Below, piece by piece: positions 51,013 through 57,486 of a DNA stretch of 57,486 bases. The notes beneath the pieces were generated by a model. It was not told where the DNA came from. It searched no databases and saw only the letters and a program-made list of their open reading frames with translations. The stretch lies in NCBI GenBank assembly GCA_032718475.1, contig JAUCBJ010008760.1:1-57486 (forward strand), given 5' to 3'. Every line of letters begins with the position of its first letter. The first letter of the stretch is position 1. The stretch comes from Nemertoderma westbladi. Taxonomy: Eukaryota > Animalia > Xenacoelomorpha. The translations under genes were made by a program, and so were the position numbers.

Positions 51013-51505
51013 TATACATTTATTATAGGAAGGGATCTTGGGGTCTTAACCTCGAATGATAAGTTTATTTTACCGAAAATAACTTATCTTTTATTGGCGC
51101 AATTGTAGGACTAATCCCATCACATGCGTACTTTTTAACCAGGTAGTGTACAAATTTAGGAATCGCGTAATGGCAGCTGGCTTTGAAATTAATACTCCAT
51201 ATCTCAAGAACCTGTGGCCTAGTGGTTGTAGTCTCGGCTTCCACCTCGAGGTCCCAGGTTCGAATCCGACACCACGCTGATGAGACACAGTAAGGTCGAA
51301 ACGCGTACGTGGTTTGGAGAGATATGAGATATTAATTTCAAGAAAAATTACGCGATTCCTAAATTTGTACACTACCCGGTTAAAAAGTACGCATGTGATG
51401 GGATTAGTCCTACAATTGCGCCAATAAAAGATAAGTTATTTTCGGTAAAATAAACTTATCATTCGAGGCTAAGACCCCAAGATCCCTTCCTATAATAAAT
51501 ATATA
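51013..51505. mobile_element. ~490 bp palindromic element: ~159 bp near-perfect inverted arms around a tRNA-like head and a hammerhead
   Basis: 51013-51171 is the reverse complement of 51347-51505 with about 3 mismatches. An inner imperfect inverted repeat pairs ~51183-51205 with ~51319-51341. Confidence 0.9.
51208..51313 (+). ncRNA. tRNA-like head (A and B box) directly followed by a minimal type I hammerhead ribozyme (51271-51313)
   Basis: A box TGGCCTAGTGG (51215-51225), B box GGTTCGAATCC (51257-51267), then ACCACG-CTGATGA-GAC acagtaag GTC-GAAA-CGCG-TA-CGTGGT. Predicted GUA cleavage after 51307. Confidence 0.85.
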
Positions 51506-52467
51506 ATAACAAACACCTCGAAGAATACAGCTTGCCAACACATTTTACTATCAATAATTTATATTTTATGTACGATGTCTCGAAAGGCAAAATTCCTGAG
51601 GCGCTAGCCCCACGTTTCATTAAACATCTGCAGTGCTCAATACGGTACAAGATCATCCTTAAATGATAACTGGGTCAAAAAGCTTAAAAGTGGCCAAAAA
51701 GGGGTACAAATTGACCGAAAAACTTTTGTCGGAAATTTGTGCAAAACCATACACCATTCGAAAGATAATTTTATGCCGAAACTCATGATGGTAGAGGGCG
51801 AGCATGACGCGCTGCTCAAAGGGAGATATATGGCAAAAACTAATGTCATATCTGTAACGTTTTTGTCTACCACTGTAACGCATTACTGTGATGACATTTA
51901 TGGGACAAACGTCTGTAACGGCCATCTGTAACTGTAATTATGTTATATGGATTTTGCAGTATTTATAACTTATTGCTTCGACAATAAGGTAATTTATTGG
52001 ACAAACATCTGTAACAGACAGCGATATCTGCCCATAACCATCGCATCCACTAAATTATATGTGTATAGGCCTACTTAATACACATCCAATCACTATCCAA
52101 TAAAATAGAACAAGTTTTTCATTAACATTATTCTGTGTAACCGATAATCTTGTTTTACACGATTTTTTTTATCCCGTGTTTAATTTTCCCTACACATTTT
52201 CTCCTCTTGACACTAAGTGATAGTTCTATCACTTAGTGTCAACACGTCTGGCAGTGGCACAGGATTCACTGCCGCGTCATCAGGTTCCCGTTGTTATGGA
52301 ATTCATTGGCCCTTCGATTCGCAGGAGTCCATCTAAACCAATATTTATATCGAAATTAAAAATAATATTATTTTCTATTTTATGATAAAAAGTAAATTGA
52401 AAAATAAAACATAAAAATGAAATTGAAATTGAAAAACTAAGATAAATGTTGATCTAATTAAACATTA

Positions 52468-54236
52468 GGGTTGTTCTCACAAAAAGTGGCCAAGATTTAG
52501 AGAAAAAATTTCAAAATTTTTTTTGTCAAAACTATATAAATATATACATATTTCGAGAGCTCTCGATGGGGCGATTTCGAATACACTAGTGGGCCGTTTT
52601 TTTTAGTTAAGTCGTAAGGTTTTATTCGTGAAAAACTAATGTCCACAATGTAACATTTTGTCCCTGGTGTAACGCTACATGTTAGCCAATCAGAAGCCTA
52701 CATTTCACAGAACGCCCACAATCTAACTTGTTGTCTCGAATATAACGCTACTTGTTAGCAAATCATTATCCAGGATTTGACATTTCAAATATATACCAGA
52801 AATTCACCAGTCACTTGTATGTCATGTAATGCCACTTTCTTTATTAACCATAAACTAAGGATTTATCGACCAAATGGCTAAAAATAATATTTTTCAAGTT
52901 AGCAAATTATTTCATTTGTATTATTGTATACATACAATATGAATATACATATTATTGTAACAATAATTGTACAAAATAGTTAACGGAATCCTTAAAACCA
53001 GTCCTTAAACCTTAAAACTTAATCTCTAAGTCGTTCACGTGTAACGCCATCCCATCACTAACATATTTCTAAGTCCTTCACATGTAACGCCATCACTAAC
53101 TTCAATCGAAAAGTTCTTACCAGACACAACACGCCTAATTCCGTTTGACAATTGTAATTGCATGACGTTGACTTTAAGAAGTACTGTTTTAGAACCGAAA
53201 TAAAGAAAGGTAAACAAACTCATGAGCTTTTCCTAAACCCTTTAGGTAGTACTAGGTAATACAGACTACAGACAGATACAATATTTACTAAATACTGAAA
53301 TACAGAAACCATCAACTTTTTGACCCTGACTGCCTGATTTGTAAAAATAAATGCCACTCGCACCAGGAGGTATTTTCAGGCCCGACTGCGTTACATGGTG
53401 GACATGTCTCAAGTGTAACAGCGTTACATTGTGACAGCTTTACATGCGTTACATGATGGACATTGAAGACATTTTTCATTAGCATGGCATTGGCTATAGT
53501 AAAATCACTATATATTAAAATCAAATATGTGATTCGATAGATCTGCGATTGCTTTTTCATATGAGCCCTCAATGGTGTCGATATGAATGATTAACTAAGG
53601 CAAAAGTTATGGCTATTCAAAGTAGCGTTACATTGAGGACATTCCTAATGACGGTATTTTTTGTAGATTTGCGTTTTCGCACAATGCTCGAGTTCTAATG
53701 AACGAATTCGTATAATTCTTTTACCTGCTGGTAGCTAAATAAATCGCCGTTTAGAAATATCTCTCTTGGAGATGTTGTGAATAAATAAAAAAAAAACGTG
53801 TCATGAAAACGAGCGTTACATGGTGGACAAAATCGTAGTGACGGCGTAACTAATTGTTAGTAAATAGTAAATATATAAAATGTGAGTAGCCTCGGTTGAA
53901 AACCACCAATAGTATGTGAAAGAGCATTAAATTTGCTTTATTTTGATGTATGGTATGTGGAACCTTTGCATTCCTTACTTTAGCTCAGAAGCCAAATATT
54001 TCAAAATAATTCAATGTGACATTTCAAAAAACATGCATTTTCGATATTTGAAATGGTGTCATTCTCTAGGTTGTGAATGGAATCTGTTGAAAATTTGCTG
54101 AAATATGAGCAGATTTCCGCTCTTCCGATTGGTATATAGGTTCATGGGGTTAAATCTGTGTCGTTTGGAAATATAACCGTGCGAATGCATGGCCATTTTG
54201 ACATAAAAGATTGGCCACTTTTTGTGAGAACGACCC
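52468..54236. mobile_element. Non-autonomous DNA transposon, Sola2-like (GGG termini, 4 bp TSD)
   Basis: TIR GGGT(T/C)GTTCTCACAAAAAGTGGCCAA at both ends, with ATTA on both flanks. Internal (gtaacgc / gcgttacat) repeats. Confidence 0.8.
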
Positions 54237-54319
54237 ATTAAATTAAATAAATATTAAGTTAATATTACTAAATGGTATATTTTGAAGTAATCCAGTAGGA
54301 TATACAATCAGGAATCACT

Positions 54320-55650
54320 AGTACAACAGTTCAATATGTACAGTACAATAGCACAGTTCAAACAAAAAGCACAGTTCAAACTAAAATCACTAACCAAACT
54401 GCAACTTTAGTTCAAACTAAAAGCACTATCCAAACTGCAATTTTAGTTCAAACTAAAAGCAGTGTTCAAACTAATAGTAGAGTTCAAACTAATAGTACAG
54501 TTAAAATAAAAGCACAGTTCAAACTAAAATCACTATCCAAACTGCAACTTTAGTTCAAACTAAAAGCACTATCCAAACTGCAATTTTAGTTCAAACTAAA
54601 AGCAGTGTTCAAACTAATAGTAGAGTTTAAACTAATAGTACAGTTAAAATAAAAGCACAGTTCAAACTAAAATCACTATCCAAACTGCAACTTTAATTCA
54701 AACTATAAGCAGTGTTCAAACTAATAGTACAGTTTAAACTAATAGTACAGTTCAAACTAATAGTACAGGTCAAACTAAAAGCATAGTTCAAACTAATAGT
54801 ACAGTTCAAACTAAAAGCACAGTTCAAACTAATAGTACAGTTCAAACTAAAAGCACAGTTGAAACTAATAGTACAGTTCAAACTAAAAGCACAGTTCAAA
54901 CTCTAATCACTATCCAAACTGCAAATTTAGTTCAAACTAAAAGCACAGTTCAAACTAATAGTGCAGTTCAAACTAATAGTACAGTTCAAACTAAAAGCAC
55001 AGTTCAAACTAATAGTACAGTTCAAACTAATAGTACAGTTCAAACTAAAATCACTATCTAAACTGCAACTTTAGTTCAAACTAAAACCAGTTTTCAAACT
55101 AATAGTGCAGTTCAAACAAAAAGCATAGTTCAAACTAAAAGCACAGTTCAAACTAAAATCACTATCCAAACTGCAAATTTAGTTCAAACTAAAAGCACAG
55201 TTCAAACTAATAGTGCAGTTCAAACTAATAGTACAGTTCAAACTAATAGTACAGTTCAAACTAAAAGCACAGTTCAAACTAAAATCACTATCCAAACTGC
55301 AACTTTAGTTCAAACTAAAAGCACTATCCAAACTGCAATTTTAGTTCAAACTAAAAGCAGTGTTCAAACTAATAGTAGAGTTCAAACTAATAGTACAGTT
55401 CAAACTAAAAGCACAGTTCAAACTAATAGTACAGTTCAAACTAAAAGCACAGTTCAAAGTAAAAGCACAATTCAAACTAAAAGCACTATCCAAACTGCAA
55501 CTTTAGTTCAAACTAAAAGCAGTGTTCAAACTAATAGTACAGTTCAAACTAAAGGCACAATTCAAAGAATAACCACTCAACAGTTTAAACTAAAAGCACA
55601 ATGCAAACTGACACTTTAAATCAAACTAAAGCACAATTCAAACTATAGGG
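54320..55650. repeat. ~1.3 kb 18 bp minisatellite with higher-order variants
   Basis: Units cagttcaaactaatagta and cagttcaaactaaaagca, with a recurring variant cactatccaaactgcaactttagt. Confidence 0.95.
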
Positions 55651-56203
55651 GCAAAGTTTGCTGCATCCCCCCCCCCCCCCCCCCACACCCCCCACCTCAC
55701 CCATTATTAGGGGGCCATTAACTATCCTAGAGAAGATAATTGATTGCTTATTCTGTTCGATAAAATTAATTTAGTTAAAAAATTACATTTTTGGCTCAAA
55801 ATATTCACAATTTTATCCCATCCGCAACATTTCTCCGCCGTGAGGTTTTGCATTTGGGTACTTTTGTTTCAACCTTCGATCAACTTTCAAAGTATTTTGG
55901 TATAAAATTTAATGTTTGTGTTTGGAAATTTTGGAAAACTGCGTCTGGTAATATAAAGTACCGGTAGCTCTTAGATGATGGAATACTTTACTTTATGATA
56001 CTCGTTATGTCCCGTCTGAAACGCGGTACAAATAAAAATCACCTGCTTAGGAAGCCTTTAAAATTTTTAACAAATTCTGAGATCAGGCTTTTATTATATT
56101 AAAAATTAAATTAAATATTTAATTTTTGCGAACAATCTCATTGCATTTACATATTATACGCTTTGCCACATTTTCTATATGTGATTTCATTTACTTTCCT
56201 TAG

Positions 56204-56269
56204 TTCGTGTTCGATGCCATCACCGACGTGATCATTGCTAACAATCTTCGGGGCTGCGGATTGTACTGA
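56204..56269 (+). CDS. GNAO1: G-alpha-o coding exon 9 (66 bp), C-terminal receptor-coupling helix
   Basis: Acceptor tag, FVFDAITDVIIANNLRGCGLY*. This is the Go-type C-terminus with the pertussis-toxin target Cys at -4. The spliced CDS is 1068 bp and in frame. Confidence 0.96.
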   Translation, partial: FVFDAITDVIIANNLRGCGLY

Positions 56270-57486
56270 CCTGTCTGTTTGTCGGTCAATCTGGATGAGG
56301 ATTGTACTAGGCCAGTCTGTCTGTCTGTCGGTCAATCTAGCCTGAACTCGGTTATACTGTATATTTATATACTGTAGTTCGCTACCAGGTGGGGGCCTCT
56401 CGTTTGGGGCTCTCTTTTTATACGCTCCTCCTTGTCTTTCTACATCAACTGTTGGAGTTACCCCACTTACGTTATGTAACACACACACTCTATTCTCATT
56501 GTCTATATACTAGTTAAACATAGTTAAGTATATTGTCCGTATGGTCTCTCCATGCCCTGTGAGGTCTCAGCACCGCATTGTATTTCACCCTAACTTACCT
56601 TAATCTTTCCTCGTACTATTTCTACTTGTATACATTTTTGCGGTAACCTGTTGTTTAGCATTTTGTCAGATTTTTCTATTTTTGCTGCTTGTTTCTATTA
56701 TAATTTAGTAGTTAATAGAAATGTGGATAATATTTACAGTTTTATTAATTTCGAGAAACTGAAAGATTTTCCACCATGCCAGTTGCTTTCCTTTGCTATT
56801 CCGTTAAGTGTAGTTCATTCTCCAATCGCTGTCGTCCCAGATTAGTAATCCTGTATCATCAATATAAATTATTTAATTGGTTGTTCTCTACGGGACAAAA
56901 ATAATTAAAAAACTTAATATTTTAATGGTGTATGACGTGTTATAAGATTTTTGCATTATTACTTATTTATCTATCAATATAATTGTTTTGAAGTCATTTA
57001 TAATTCAGTGTATTTTATACAAATATCTTGTTCTTTAGTTCTGGGCGTCGTATGTTCACAAAATACGAAGTTGTTAAATAATTATTATTCGTTTGAATTG
57101 GGTACTTTTTTGGAAATTGTCTTTCGCACTTTTCGGTAGCAAACTAAATAATTAATAATATGGTTATTTTAGCAAATTTGTAGTGTAAAATTCAAATGTC
57201 AAAATTCAATACAAAAAAACTTATTTAGCAATTAAAAAATATACAGGTCATCCTTTTGTACATTTTTTTCAGGTATTATTATTACACACATTTATTAGGT
57301 AATCTCTCTATATTGCTACCCATATAATTTATTCGTTTTATGGGGTTATTTATTTTTTAGGTATATTAGCGTTATGACGTGTAGTTCTTTATCCTGGTTA
57401 TAACTCGATATATAATATTCTATTATTTTTTTGTCGATGGTGATAATATCATGTTATGGGACCTGCGGGGTCCCTAGATTTCCTTA

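Noticed and set aside
51208-51275. Functional tRNA genes here or at 28100-28160, 28330-28395 and 42800-42870
   Set aside because: A and B boxes are present but the acceptor or anticodon stems do not pair properly, so these are treated as tRNA-derived.
52240-52290. Minus-strand CTGATGA followed by a hairpin
   Set aside because: No GAAA after the hairpin and no stem I partner, so not called a hammerhead.

Overview
AT-rich animal (probably marine invertebrate) genomic window with two host genes. One is an intronless NEMF/Caliban/Rqc2 gene on the minus strand (7778-10969). The other is a 9-coding-exon G-protein alpha-o gene on the plus strand (27296-56269, about 355 aa, ending in LRGCGLY). The rest is mostly nested mobile DNA: a degraded CR1-group LINE, RTE and L2 fragments, many non-autonomous DNA transposons (hAT, Harbinger, Sola-like, foldback), tRNA-derived elements and minisatellites. 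The most notable observation is four minimal type I hammerhead ribozyme motifs, all with a self-complementary stem III. Two of them (220-263 and 29316-29361, minus strand) sit between the A box and B box of a tRNA-like Pol III unit, where the anticodon arm would be, and are followed by a T5 terminator. A third follows a tRNA-like head at the centre of a ~490 bp near-perfect inverted repeat. The window also holds a twin inverted tRNA-like element, one arm of which seeded a ~2 kb satellite, and many TA-flanked 5-6 bp insertions that look like transposon excision footprints. All calls come from reading the sequence by eye; no searches were run.
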